This document shows positions 19,309 through 29,443 of a stretch of DNA of 64,000 nucleotides, piece by piece; position 1 is the stretch's first letter; each line of letters begins with the position of its first letter. Under the pieces are notes generated by a model. It saw only the letters and a program-made list of their open reading frames with translations. It was not told the DNA's origin and did no database searches. Position numbers and translations under genes: made by a program. Origin of the DNA: an uncultured Poribacteria bacterium (GTDB lineage: Bacteria; Poribacteria; WGA-4E; WGA-3G); assembly GCA_958296135.2 (NCBI GenBank), contig CATQHZ020000001.1, forward strand, positions 480,001-544,000. The letters are read 5' to 3'.

Positions 19309-20439
19309 CTACTCTGTCGGATAGTGCCACTTCCGCAGTGAATCGGCGGCAGACAACCCTGCCTCTTGCCCGAGGGCAAACGCTGTTGCAATCAGATTCC
19401 GCTGTCCGGAGACGATGTCCCCCGCGGCAAAGAGGCCCGGTATCGGCTCGCCGCCGCTATCCAGCATTTGCATATCCTCGTTCGTAACGATTAAGCCTTC
19501 CTCATCGTTCTGGTAATCCCACCCTTCCAAGAACTTCGTATTCGGAATTAAACCTTCGTCAACGAGGAAGCCGTGGAAATACAGTTCGGTGCCGTCTGCC
19601 ATCTCAAATCCGAGCAGATCTGTTTTCTTACCGATGTGCCGCTTAATTTTGGTTTCAATGACATTTATCTTCCGTTCGGCTACCTGTTTCAGCACCGGCG
19701 GCGACATGCCGTGCGGCCGGCCGTTTGTCAGAATCGTAATCTTATCCGTGAAATCCTGTGCGCCGAGTGCTGCGTCGTAGATATAGTCACCTACGCCGAG
19801 GAGAGCGAGGTGCTCGTTGACATGCAGATGGCCATCGCACCGGATGCAGACATGCCAGCCTTTTTTATTGCCCGCATAGCGGAACACGGTGGCATACTGC
19901 TTATACAACCGTGCCGCCTCGGCTTGGAACTCAATATCGGGCCACTTGTCGTCAAACCCGGCGGCGACTACCACGGTGCGTGCCCTGAAACGTTCCAGCT
20001 GCAGCGGCGCGTTTTTCTTGATTGGCGTGGTGGAGGCTTCTAGTTCAAAGAGTGCCCGCGGGGGACAGGCCCCCGCGCTACGGGTTTCGACGGTGGGCTC
20101 GCGGGAGCCAGCATCGCACGCGATGAGTTTGGTAACCATGCCATCGCGAATATCGATGCCTGTCTTCCGCTGCGCCGCGCCGAGCCTGAAGTCAACGACG
20201 GGACGACTCTCCAGCCACTTCATGAGTGCCTTGGCAAAATGCGGCCCGATGATGCCGGGGAACACCGGCGCATCCTCAATTTCTACGGACTTGGACCAGT
20301 AGGCGCGGCCGCGGCTGAAACTTACCTTGCCCGCGTGTAGCACCAACACATGTTTCATTTGATGGCTCGCGGAGATGGCGGCTTGCGTTCCCGCGGGCCC
20401 CGCGCCGATGACAGCGACATCGTAAATTGTTTCTGACAT
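19309..20439 (-). CDS. Thioredoxin-reductase-like FAD-dependent oxidoreductase with in-frame REP insert
   Basis: GAGPAG, CIRCDG, GLFAAGD. Confidence 0.85.
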   Translation of the reverse strand: MSETIYDVAVIGAGPAGTQAAISASHQMKHVLVLHAGKVSFSRGRAYWSKSVEIEDAPVFPGIIGPHFAKALMKWLESRPVVDFRLGAAQRKTGIDIRDGMVTKLIACDAGSREPTVETRSAGACPPRALFELEASTTPIKKNAPLQLERFRARTVVVAAGFDDKWPDIEFQAEAARLYKQYATVFRYAGNKKGWHVCIRCDGHLHVNEHLALLGVGDYIYDAALGAQDFTDKITILTNGRPHGMSPPVLKQVAERKINVIETKIKRHIGKKTDLLGFEMADGTELYFHGFLVDEGLIPNTKFLEGWDYQNDEEGLIVTNEDMQMLDSGGEPIPGLFAAGDIVSGQRNLIATAFALGQEAGLSAADSLRKWHYPTE

Positions 20440-20467
20440 TTTTCCTCCACATCTACTTTAACGCGGA

Positions 20468-20622
20468 CAGTGGCTATCGCTGCAGTTCTGCACTGCATCG
20501 AGACGCGGGAGGGCTCTCCTACGGCCGCGCGGCACCATGGCTATCGCTGCAGTTCTTCGCTGCATCGAGACGCGGGAGGGCTCTCCTACGGCCGCGCGGG
20601 ACAGGGGCCATCGCGCTACGGT
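20468..20622. repeat. Intergenic REP cluster, two units of about 63 bp
   Basis: ctgcatcgagacgcgggagggctctcctacggccgcgcgg occurs twice. Confidence 0.85.
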
Positions 20623-20650
20623 GAAAACGGTAAAATCGGCTGAGGCGAAA

Positions 20651-22096
20651 TCAGAACCCATATTTTTTCCACCGTTGGTTGACTAACTCAATTATCTCGT
20701 CCGACATGCGGATTTCCTGGGGCCATTCGCGCCGATACCCCTCTTCTGGCCATTTCGTCGTGGCATCAATCCCCATCTTGGAGCCCGCGCCCATGAGCGG
20801 TGCGGCGTGGTCCAACACATCGACAGGGCCTTCCACAATCGTCACATCGCGCTGCGGATCGACGTTGCTCCCGACGTAGAAAAGCACCTCCTCTACGTTC
20901 TGAACATTCACCGCTTTGTCTACCACGATGATAATCTTGCTGAACATCAGTTGCCCGAGGCCCCACAGGCTGTGCATAATTTTCTTGGCGTGGAACGGAT
21001 AACGTTTGTCAATAGCAATCAAGGCGAAGTTGTGAAACACGCCGAATAACGGCAGATTCATGTCCACCAATTCGGGCAGCTGCATTTTAATGAGCGGCAG
21101 GAAGATGCGCTCTGTCGCCTTGCCCATGTAGCAATCTTCCATCGGCGGTTTGCCGACGATAATCGTCTGGTAGATAGGATTTTTACGATGTGTTATCGCC
21201 GTGATGCGGAACACCGGATACTCGTCTGCCAGCGAGTAGAATCCCGTATGATCACCGAAGGGGCCTTCTATACAGGTTTCATCGGGTTCAATATATCCCT
21301 CAATGACGATGTCCGCGTTCGCCGGTACCAGCATATCAATAGTTTTGGCTGGCATCATCTCAACGTTTGATTTTCGTAGAAACCCGGCGAATAGGAGTTC
21401 GTCAATGCCAGAGGGGAGCGGTGCGGTGCCGATGTATGACATCACCGGGTCACCGCCGATAGCGATAGCTACCGGCATTTGTTGTCCGGCTTGCCGATAT
21501 TCGCGATGGTGGCTCGCGCCGTCGTGGTGAATCTGCCAGTGCATCGCTAACGCATAGGGATTGAGCTGTTGCAACCGATACGTGCCGACGTTCCGTTGTC
21601 CGGTGCGCAGGCTATGCGTATACACCTGCGGCAAGGTGATATATCTGTCGGCATCTAGGGGCCAGCATTTTATGAGCGGCAGTGTCTCTAACGATGCCTG
21701 TTCGCCGGTGAGTACCACTTCTTGGCTCGCGCCGCGTTTGACGGTTTTCGGCGGGAAGTTCGTCAACTGCGACAGGAGCCGCAGAATCTTTACCTTATCG
21801 AGGAGTGATTCGGGCGGTCCAAGTTTAATCAGTGCCTCAATTTCGGCGGCGATTTGCCCGAGGTCATCGACACCGAGGGCCATTGCCATCCGTTGAGCAG
21901 AGCCGTAGGTGTTGATGAGCAGCGGCATTTGGCTGCCTTCGACGTTTTCAAAGAGGAGGGCGGGGCCGCCGGCTTTGCTCACCCGGTCGGTGATTTCGGC
22001 GATTTCCAGGTCTGGTGAGACGTTTGTTTTAATGCGTTTGAGTTCGCCCGCCCGGTCTAGTGCTTTGACGAATTCTCTGAGACTTGCGTATGCCAT
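20651..22096 (-). CDS. UbiD-family decarboxylase (menaquinone futalosine-pathway MqnL/SCO4490-like)
   Basis: GPALLFENV, EGPFGDHTGFY, KMGIDAT; start ATG 22096. Confidence 0.9.
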   Translation of the reverse strand: MAYASLREFVKALDRAGELKRIKTNVSPDLEIAEITDRVSKAGGPALLFENVEGSQMPLLINTYGSAQRMAMALGVDDLGQIAAEIEALIKLGPPESLLDKVKILRLLSQLTNFPPKTVKRGASQEVVLTGEQASLETLPLIKCWPLDADRYITLPQVYTHSLRTGQRNVGTYRLQQLNPYALAMHWQIHHDGASHHREYRQAGQQMPVAIAIGGDPVMSYIGTAPLPSGIDELLFAGFLRKSNVEMMPAKTIDMLVPANADIVIEGYIEPDETCIEGPFGDHTGFYSLADEYPVFRITAITHRKNPIYQTIIVGKPPMEDCYMGKATERIFLPLIKMQLPELVDMNLPLFGVFHNFALIAIDKRYPFHAKKIMHSLWGLGQLMFSKIIIVVDKAVNVQNVEEVLFYVGSNVDPQRDVTIVEGPVDVLDHAAPLMGAGSKMGIDATTKWPEEGYRREWPQEIRMSDEIIELVNQRWKKYGF

Positions 22097-22171
22097 ATTA
22101 TCCTTGATGCGGCGATTTGCTGCATAACGGTTGTGGAGCTCCGCCTGAATCACTCTAAGCCAACCGACTCT

Positions 22172-23914
22172 CTATCGCTTTAAAATCTGTTTTAACCCTT
22201 CGCGATAGTTCCGATTTTCGGGTTCAAGTTCGACAGCTTTTCGGATGGCTGTCTCGGCTTGGTGTTCATCGCCTTTTCGGAAGGCAATGAGCGCGAGTGT
22301 GTTGTAATACCTAGCGACGTTCGGCTTTAACGCAATCGCTTTCTGCGCGTAGCCGATAGCCGCGTCCAACTTGACACGGTGCTGTCCGTAAAGTTGCGCC
22401 AGGGCATGATACGCTTTTGGTAATCCGGATGCGAGGTACGCGGCTTCTGCTGCGTCCAAGTTCCCCTGGGCTGCCTGCAGTTCTCCGATGAGATGATACG
22501 TTTCAACGAGGAACGGCGGTTGCGCGGGCAATTCCGAACAAAGCGTGACAGCCTTTTCAAGTGCATCCAACGCCGCGTTGGTTTGCCCTTGATAGGCATA
22601 ACACAGGCCTAAATTGTGAGACGCTGCTGCATCGTCCGGCTTCAGTGCGAGGAGAGCCTGATATGCTTCACGCGCTGCTGCATACCGCTTTTGGTTCAAT
22701 AAAATGCGTCCTATCTTGCGATGCGCCTCTACAAACTGCGGTTCCAAGGCGATGGCTTGCCGATAGTGCTTCAAAGCCAGTTCGATGTTCCCTTCCGGTA
22801 GGCGCGCGTTGGTAGCACGCTGGCTTTGCATCAAATAGACGAATCCGAGTCCGGCGTGCGCTTGCGCGAAGTCCGGTTGGATTTGCAACGCTTTCTGTTG
22901 TGCGGCGAGTGCCTCTGGATATTTTTCTTGCATGGCATAGGCTATGCCGAGTCCATTGTAGGCTGTCGCTAACTTCGGATTTTGCCCGATGGCTTTCTCA
23001 TATTCCCACGCCGCCTTCTCAGCCAGGCCGATGTTGAGGTAAAGCCGGCCGATATTGGTGAGAATCTGCGCGCGTTCCATCGAATCCCGCGTCCGTTGCA
23101 ATGCGCCGCGCAACTGCTGGAGCGGCTGCAGCACGGCTTTCTGTTCTTCAAAGCGTGCCATCTGCGAGCGTGCCGCCGCCTTATCTCCGCTGCGGCGGTA
23201 TGCCTGTGCGAGGTTGTAGAGTGCCTCCAGCAGTTCTGCGTCGTACGCGTAAGCGTTCTGATACGCAGCGATAGCCGCTTCCCACTGTTTCTGCTGCGCG
23301 TAGAGCAGTCCCAGCTGGTAGTGCGCCGATGCCAGGTTTGGCGCGAGCGCGATGGCTCGTAACTGTTGCTGCCTTGCTTTGTCGCGCTTGCCCCGCTTGC
23401 TATAGACATTGCCGAGGTGATGATGAATCCTGGCATCGTTAGGCTGCAACGCCACTGCAATGTTGTAGGCGGCGAGTGCCGCTTCGTAGCGGTGCGTGTT
23501 TGCATAGGCACTGCCGAGCGCGGCGTGAATGTGGGCCCAATCGGGTGCAATGGCGAGCGCGTCTCGGTACGCCGTTATCGCCGCATCAAACTTTTCAAGC
23601 CCGGCGGATGCCAACCCTAAGCCGTAGAATGCCTCAGCACTTTGGGCGAGAGCCCCGCTTGCGGGGATTTTCCGTTTCTCTGTTCCAATGACGTGCTGAT
23701 ATTCGGCGGCGGCTTGCTCATAAGCCTCGATTTGCAAGTAAACCTTTGCCAATTGCAAGCGAATGCCAGTTTGAGTGGCATCCGCAGCTAGTTGGGCGCG
23801 ATACGCTTGAATCTTTGCGGCTGCCTCGCTTTGGAAACCGTCTGCGGGGTGAATTCTAAGGAGAAGCCACCCCACGAGAATAAGTGTGATAACGAGCAGA
23901 CAAGCGCGTTTCAT
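22172..23914 (-). CDS. Exported tetratricopeptide repeat protein
   Basis: Signal peptide followed by many A(H/Y)xxLG TPR units. Confidence 0.88.
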   Translation of the reverse strand: MKRACLLVITLILVGWLLLRIHPADGFQSEAAAKIQAYRAQLAADATQTGIRLQLAKVYLQIEAYEQAAAEYQHVIGTEKRKIPASGALAQSAEAFYGLGLASAGLEKFDAAITAYRDALAIAPDWAHIHAALGSAYANTHRYEAALAAYNIAVALQPNDARIHHHLGNVYSKRGKRDKARQQQLRAIALAPNLASAHYQLGLLYAQQKQWEAAIAAYQNAYAYDAELLEALYNLAQAYRRSGDKAAARSQMARFEEQKAVLQPLQQLRGALQRTRDSMERAQILTNIGRLYLNIGLAEKAAWEYEKAIGQNPKLATAYNGLGIAYAMQEKYPEALAAQQKALQIQPDFAQAHAGLGFVYLMQSQRATNARLPEGNIELALKHYRQAIALEPQFVEAHRKIGRILLNQKRYAAAREAYQALLALKPDDAAASHNLGLCYAYQGQTNAALDALEKAVTLCSELPAQPPFLVETYHLIGELQAAQGNLDAAEAAYLASGLPKAYHALAQLYGQHRVKLDAAIGYAQKAIALKPNVARYYNTLALIAFRKGDEHQAETAIRKAVELEPENRNYREGLKQILKR

Positions 23915-23919
23915 GGGTT

Positions 23920-24594
23920 TCAGCGATGCCGTTTGATGCGTCCCCATGTCGTAGCCAGTTTATCCAGCGGTTCAACCGGTGTTCCGCCGCCGATGATAAC
24001 CTCTCCGGAGACTTTGAAATCGTCAAAGCTCGCCGCGGTCTCCCATGCCCAGACACCGGCTTGGCCGGCGGCGTAGGCTTCGGCGGTTTCATCGGTGAGT
24101 TCACCTTGTTCTTCGCCGTTAATCCAGAGTTTCATGGCTGCACCTTCGACGACTACCTGCATGTCGAACCATTCGCCGTTTGCTACGGTGATGTTCACGC
24201 CGGCGAGTTCGCCGATTTTGTCGCGTGCATCCCACGCACCTGTTTTGTGCCGCCAGAGTTCCGTTTTGTTATCCGGAACATTGAGGTAGTAGACATAGTA
24301 TTCCATCTCGCTTTGCGCGCGGAAGACGATGCCCGCCCAGTTGCCTTCATCCAGTTGCACTTTCGCCTCAACGGTGTAGTCGTCCCAAGCCGCGTCGCCG
24401 ATGAGGGAGTGCTCGGCTCTCCCGCCTTTGGCGAGTTTATAGGTACCGGCTTCGACGCTCCACGTGCCGTTGGCGGGTGTCCAGTCGTCCGCGTTTGCGT
24501 CAAACGTCCACATCTGTTCGCCGGCGAAGGCGGGGGATGCGACGAGTGCCAAGACGCAAAGGACTCCGATAAGGGTTAAAAATAAATGTTTCAT
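23920..24594 (-). CDS. Secreted concanavalin/DUF1080-like protein with C-terminal VEPxxKLATTWGxIK motif
   Basis: AAGGAG RBS, signal peptide, WDDYTVE..AGIVFR, FDDFKV. Confidence 0.8.
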   Translation of the reverse strand: MKHLFLTLIGVLCVLALVASPAFAGEQMWTFDANADDWTPANGTWSVEAGTYKLAKGGRAEHSLIGDAAWDDYTVEAKVQLDEGNWAGIVFRAQSEMEYYVYYLNVPDNKTELWRHKTGAWDARDKIGELAGVNITVANGEWFDMQVVVEGAAMKLWINGEEQGELTDETAEAYAAGQAGVWAWETAASFDDFKVSGEVIIGGGTPVEPLDKLATTWGRIKRHR

Positions 24595-24650
24595 AAATGC
24601 TCCTTTGTTACGTTGCGGTTTGCAACCGCGCTTTTTTAATGCATGAAAAT

Positions 24651-24748
24651 ATGATACCACACTCGCGATTAAATGTCAACCAAAATGTAGTGAAACCATT
24701 CTGGCACTTCATTTTTGTTTGACAGCGGCAATCAAAATTTGTTATACT
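24651..24748. promoter_or_regulatory. Divergent sigma70-like promoters
   Basis: Minus strand TTGACA-17-TATCAT (24651-24679); plus strand TTGACA-18-TATACT (24719-24748). Confidence 0.65.
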
Positions 24749-24807
24749 ATCCATAGCCGTTTCAATTCGTTAACATCGCGACTGCGACATTATGGAGGAA
24801 TCAGAAA

Positions 24808-25377
24808 ATGAACATGTTGGAACATCATCAATTTGCGCAAGAAGGCATTCTCCCCGAACACGTCACGATGACGTTGGAGGAATTTCTTGCCAGCGACTTC
24901 GATGGATATGAATACGTTCAAGGAGAATTAATACCTATGGGTGCAACATCGCTGAAGCATGGAGCAATCGGTGCGAATATCTTTCGGCAGTTAGACCGGT
25001 ATGTGTATGAGCATCAACTCGGCAAAGTGGTTTTCTCGGAGACGGGTTTCCGAGTCGGCGAACGCGTGCTCAAACCGGATGTTGCGTTTCTTTCTACCGC
25101 GCGCATCCCCGAAGACCAGGACAAGGCATCCCCTGTTCCACCAGACTTGGCGATCGAGGTGGTTTCCCCTACAGACGCGTGGAACCGCGTTGAAGAAAAG
25201 GCATTCGCCTATCTGGAAGCCGGGACACAGATGGTATGGGTGCTGATGCCCCGGTCGAAAGCCGTGATGGTGTATCGTCCGGAGGCAGTGCTCCGGCTTC
25301 TCACCCATAACGATACGCTCACCGGTGAGGATGTCGTTGAAGGCTTTTCCTGTCCGGTCGCGCTGCTTTTTGAATAG
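24808..25377 (+). CDS. Uma2 family endonuclease-like protein
   Basis: YEYVQGEL, KPDVAF, PPDLAIEVVSP, YLEAG..VWV. Confidence 0.92.
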   Translation: MNMLEHHQFAQEGILPEHVTMTLEEFLASDFDGYEYVQGELIPMGATSLKHGAIGANIFRQLDRYVYEHQLGKVVFSETGFRVGERVLKPDVAFLSTARIPEDQDKASPVPPDLAIEVVSPTDAWNRVEEKAFAYLEAGTQMVWVLMPRSKAVMVYRPEAVLRLLTHNDTLTGEDVVEGFSCPVALLFE

Positions 25378-25414
25378 GCGCACTGTTTTGTTTTTTTTTT
25401 CGGGAGGAGAAGGT

Positions 25415-26824
25415 ATGAAGCGAATCCAGAAACCCCCGCACGTCAACATCGCTGTGAAGAATTTCGGTCCGATTGCCGAAGGCACCGTCCAGCTGCGGCC
25501 GCTGACGGTGTTTGTCGGCCCGAGCCATACCGGCAAAACCTATTTTGCAACGCTGCTCTATGTCATGAGCCGTCATTTTGCCGGGTTCCCACGTTTCCCC
25601 TTTCCGCGGCGCGACAGGCCGCGGGCCTCGGCACCCTCCGGGGGCAAGTTGCGTGAACTGAAAACGGGCGAAACTCGGAAACCGTTGACATTCGCAGCGC
25701 TGCCGCAGCACATCCGTGAGGCAGTACACTCACATCTCCAAGATTCGCATCTATTGACAGAGCATCTTGAGACAGGTTTCGATCTGGATGTTGTTTCACA
25801 ACTCCGCCGTTCGGTTGATGGCCGTTGGCGGGACATGAAGGTTGCGCTGGCAGTTCGCGAGGAACACCGGCCCCCTCATTGGCAGCTCAACGTGGCAGGT
25901 TCCGTGGCCGGCCTCACCGTTGATGGTTCAATCAGCGAAGCAATGCCGCTTTTCGCCGAGGCAGCACCCTCGCGAGTTGAAGATGTCTGGGAATTGATGG
26001 GGCACCTGAACGGTGCTGCAGGGCATCCGTTCTATCTGCCGGCGAATCGCAGCGGCATTTTGCAGAGTCACGCGTTCATCGCTAGTGCCCTTACCGGGAG
26101 TTTCACCCGTGCAGCGTTTGAACATGTCACGGGTATCCCCACGTTTTCAACCGGCACGGAGGATTTCCTGCACCGCCTGATACGCTATCGGCCACATCAA
26201 GCACCGAACAAGGGCATGCTTGCGATTGCCGCCGATTTAGAGCGGGATGTGCTCGCGGGGCAGGTCATCGTGAAACCTTCGCCGAGTGGCTATCTGCAAT
26301 TCCTTTTTCGGCCGTGTGGGCTGAACGAAGAGATTCGGTTGAGCAACGCCTCGTCCATGGTATCGGAGCTTGCGCCGTTAGTGTTATTTATTCGGGGTGT
26401 TCTCCGCCCGGGGGATAGGCTCATTATTGAAGAGCCGGAGTCGCATCTGTCTCTGGCAGCGCAGCCGGAGATTGCGGTGGCTCTGGCGCGCTTGGTGAAA
26501 GCCGGTGTGGATGTGGTGGTGACAACGCACAGCGGTGGGTTCCTTGAGGAAATTGGCAACCTGATTCGCGAGGGAGAATTAGATGAAATTCTTGAGAAAC
26601 CCTACGGCGAATCGCCGGTGACGCTGAAGGCAGCAGATGTCGGTGTCTGGTACTTTCACCCGAACGGAATCGTCAAGGAGATTGAATACAACCGCATTGA
26701 GGGAGTCGATCCGGTGGAGTTTCTAGACGCAGAGGAAGATCTCTACAATCGTTCGGCGCGCCTTCAAAACAAACTTGCAAATTGGGAGCACCGCCAAGAG
26801 TATGAATGCGAGTCGGCTTCTTAA
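25415..26824 (+). CDS. AAA_15/AAA_21-type ABC ATPase
   Basis: KNFGPI, GPSHTGKT, ASSMVSELAPL, IIEEPESHL, TTHS; GGAG RBS before ATG 25415. Confidence 0.85.
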   Translation: MKRIQKPPHVNIAVKNFGPIAEGTVQLRPLTVFVGPSHTGKTYFATLLYVMSRHFAGFPRFPFPRRDRPRASAPSGGKLRELKTGETRKPLTFAALPQHIREAVHSHLQDSHLLTEHLETGFDLDVVSQLRRSVDGRWRDMKVALAVREEHRPPHWQLNVAGSVAGLTVDGSISEAMPLFAEAAPSRVEDVWELMGHLNGAAGHPFYLPANRSGILQSHAFIASALTGSFTRAAFEHVTGIPTFSTGTEDFLHRLIRYRPHQAPNKGMLAIAADLERDVLAGQVIVKPSPSGYLQFLFRPCGLNEEIRLSNASSMVSELAPLVLFIRGVLRPGDRLIIEEPESHLSLAAQPEIAVALARLVKAGVDVVVTTHSGGFLEEIGNLIREGELDEILEKPYGESPVTLKAADVGVWYFHPNGIVKEIEYNRIEGVDPVEFLDAEEDLYNRSARLQNKLANWEHRQEYECESAS

Positions 26825-27302
26825 CGAAATCCGCGCGCAATTTCACGAAGAAAGTCTTGTTCGTTCGTGTAGCGGTGAGGGATGCACGGTTGACATGAAT
26901 GGCGTGCCAGCTAAGCGGGTTATTGTCAATCTGGAAACGGAGTTCGATTGGCGCAAAAAGAGAGAGAAACGGTGCGACCGGCTCCTCTTCTTTACGGCTC
27001 AAGACACCCTTGTTGCAGCCGCAATTGAGCTCAAAAGTGGGGGTGCTTCCGAATCGGCAGTAATTGCCCAGTTAGAAAGTAGCCTGCATTTCATCAATAG
27101 GGACATCGTTCCAGTTTCACTTCAATCACAAATTGAATACGTGCTAGTTCTGTTTCATGGTGGCCGTATGAAGTGGACGAGCCCGAAAAAGAAACAGCAG
27201 CAACTTGAGGTATTTTTCGGTGGAACGAGGTTGCCTGTTCAAACGGGGCGTTGTGGTAGACCTAGGAACCTCGCGGGCCTTCTCTTTAAGAAGCGGCGGT
27301 AG
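26802..27302 (+). CDS. Hypothetical PD-(D/E)xK nuclease-like protein coupled to the ATPase
   Basis: RCDRLLF...IELKSG motif; overlaps the 3' end of the ATPase. Confidence 0.6.
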   Translation: MNASRLLNEIRAQFHEESLVRSCSGEGCTVDMNGVPAKRVIVNLETEFDWRKKREKRCDRLLFFTAQDTLVAAAIELKSGGASESAVIAQLESSLHFINRDIVPVSLQSQIEYVLVLFHGGRMKWTSPKKKQQQLEVFFGGTRLPVQTGRCGRPRNLAGLLFKKRR

Positions 27303-27335
27303 TCTCGCGTAGATGCGGTACAACGCGAAAAAAGG

Positions 27336-27365
27336 TTGACTCTATTTCGCCCCGGTAGGTATAAT
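27336..27365 (+). promoter_or_regulatory. sigma70-like promoter of the RM operon
   Basis: TTGACT-18-TATAAT. Confidence 0.6.
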
Positions 27366-27445
27366 GTTGAAAAGATTTCTGCCGAGTCCGTTAGGCACGA
27401 CGCGCGCCTTCCCGCAACGCAGAACTTCTTGTAGCAGGAAATTCT

Positions 27446-28093
27446 ATGAACTTGATAGAGCAACAAATCAGGGAACTTGCCTCTGGATACGCTGCCAGGT
27501 TTGAGGCCCGAGTCGCTGATAGAACATCGGAAATGGAAAGCGACGATAACTCTCATCACCTCATCTACCAAGTGTTCGGTGTGCCGGCGGCGGAAGGGCA
27601 ACTTATCGACCTTTATCAGAACAAGGGCCGGTTTCTTTATCGATACGCCGGTGCCTTTCTGGAGGAAGCAACGCTCATATGCTTTCGTCATAAATTCCCT
27701 GATGCCGAAACCAAAGTGAGAATTCCTAATACGAGGGACCACAGCCCGAAAACGTTTGAGCTTGACTGTTTAGTCGGCAAGGAAGCCTTTGAAATAAAAT
27801 GGCGCGATGCTACAACTGATGGAGACCACGTCACTAAAGAGCACACTCGGGCGAAAGCGATTCAGGGAGCCGGCTATACGCCTATCAGAATTATGTTTTA
27901 CTACCCAAACCGTGCGCGGGCGATAAAAATTCAGGACACACTCAAAACAGTTTATGCAGGGTTGGGTGGGGAGTATTACGCGGGAGATGACGCGTGGACA
28001 TACGTCAGAACGAAAACGGGTGTTGATTTGAAGGCGATTTTAACCCAGATAACTGACGAAAAGGCAACACGGCAACCGATAGGGGCGAGCTAA
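27446..28093 (+). CDS. ApaLI-family type II restriction endonuclease
   Basis: YQNKGRFLYRYAG, FELDCL, EIKWRDATTDGDH. Confidence 0.85.
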   Translation: MNLIEQQIRELASGYAARFEARVADRTSEMESDDNSHHLIYQVFGVPAAEGQLIDLYQNKGRFLYRYAGAFLEEATLICFRHKFPDAETKVRIPNTRDHSPKTFELDCLVGKEAFEIKWRDATTDGDHVTKEHTRAKAIQGAGYTPIRIMFYYPNRARAIKIQDTLKTVYAGLGGEYYAGDDAWTYVRTKTGVDLKAILTQITDEKATRQPIGAS

Positions 28094-28240
28094 TAGGGTC
28101 CTAAGTCCGTTTGCAAAACTGGCATGCGAGGGACAGGGGACATCGCTGCAGGAAAACGGGCAGAGCTGAACGCGAAGCGGCGTAACGGCCCGCGCCCTCG
28201 CCCTCGCCCTACGGTGAAAAGGGCCGGAGGAATCATCACC

Positions 28241-29425
28241 ATGACACTCTATACCGGTGACTGTCTTCACGAAATGAAAAAAATAGCGGATGCATCCGTA
28301 GACCTCGTCTGCTTGGATCCGCCGCATTGGACACAGAAGACGCACACGCTGAAGACGAGAGATAACGCTACCACGTATCAGTTCCACGATAGATGGGACG
28401 GTATTGCGGCGTATCGGGATTTTATGCGGCCGCGGCTTGCTGAATGCGCGAGGGTTTTGAAGGAGACGGGTAGCATTTTCCTGCACTGTTACCGTACCGC
28501 TTCGCACCATCTGCGCTTGATTCTGGACGACGTGTTCGGTATGGCGAATTTCAGGAGCGAAATTATCTGGCATTACAAACGCTGGTCGAACGCCAAGAAA
28601 GGCTTGCTGAACTCGCATCAAACCATCTATTTTTATAGCAAGACTGCGTGCTATAAATTTAACACGATGTTCACCGAGTATTCGCCGACGACGAACCTTG
28701 AGCAGATTTTGCAAGATAGGGCTCGAGATGAAAACGGGAAATCTGTCTATCGGAAAGATGCCAGCGGACAAGTGATTTCTGGGAGATTCAAAAAAGGTGT
28801 GCCTTTAACGGACGTTTGGGAGCTGCCTTATTTGAACCCAAACGCGGCGGAGCGCGTCGGGTATCCAACGCAGAAACCGATGTTGCTGTTGGAGCGCATC
28901 ATTAAACTCGTGACAGATGAAGGCGATACGGTGCTGGACCCGTTTTGTGGGAGCGGCACCACGCTTGTCGCGGCGAAACGCTTAAATCGGCACGCTATCG
29001 GCATAGACGTTTCCGCTGAGGCAATCGCTTTAACCCAAAAACGTTTGGAACATCCGATAAGGGGGAGCACCTATCTCTCGAAGACAGATGCCAAGAATTA
29101 TCACGCCCGAGACAGGAACGTCGCGGCGATACTGCAAACGCTGGATGCACGGCGCGTACCTAACAACAAGGGAATAGATGGCATCCTAAGGAAAGATGAT
29201 AACGGGAAAGCCGTCGCGGTCCGCATTCAGCGGGAACATGAAAGCTTACAGGAGGCGAGGGCGTTACTCTTGAAGGCCTGTCAAAATAAGGGATTTGGCA
29301 GAAAAATTCTTATCCGCACAAGCCGCGTCGCGCAAAACGCGCTTTTTGATACGCAGGTTGTTGATGACAAACTGGTCGTGATTGATAGTTGTCAATTTTT
29401 GATAGATTCTATCCTCACCCCGTAG
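28241..29425 (+). CDS. N6/N4 DNA methyltransferase (beta class)
   Basis: GDC, DPPH (variant of DPPY/F), YPTQKP, VLDPFCGSGTT; GGAGG RBS before ATG 28241. Confidence 0.9.
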   Translation: MTLYTGDCLHEMKKIADASVDLVCLDPPHWTQKTHTLKTRDNATTYQFHDRWDGIAAYRDFMRPRLAECARVLKETGSIFLHCYRTASHHLRLILDDVFGMANFRSEIIWHYKRWSNAKKGLLNSHQTIYFYSKTACYKFNTMFTEYSPTTNLEQILQDRARDENGKSVYRKDASGQVISGRFKKGVPLTDVWELPYLNPNAAERVGYPTQKPMLLLERIIKLVTDEGDTVLDPFCGSGTTLVAAKRLNRHAIGIDVSAEAIALTQKRLEHPIRGSTYLSKTDAKNYHARDRNVAAILQTLDARRVPNNKGIDGILRKDDNGKAVAVRIQREHESLQEARALLLKACQNKGFGRKILIRTSRVAQNALFDTQVVDDKLVVIDSCQFLIDSILTP

Positions 29426-29443
29426 CACTCGCGAGAGAAAAAT

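Noticed and set aside
19106-19330. 75-aa N-terminal extension of PolA (likewise ORF-track extensions of MgtE, ComF, MTase, PhyH, UbiD)
   Set aside because: Downstream ATGs with better RBS or family-typical N-termini exist; the extensions run through repeats or intergenic DNA.
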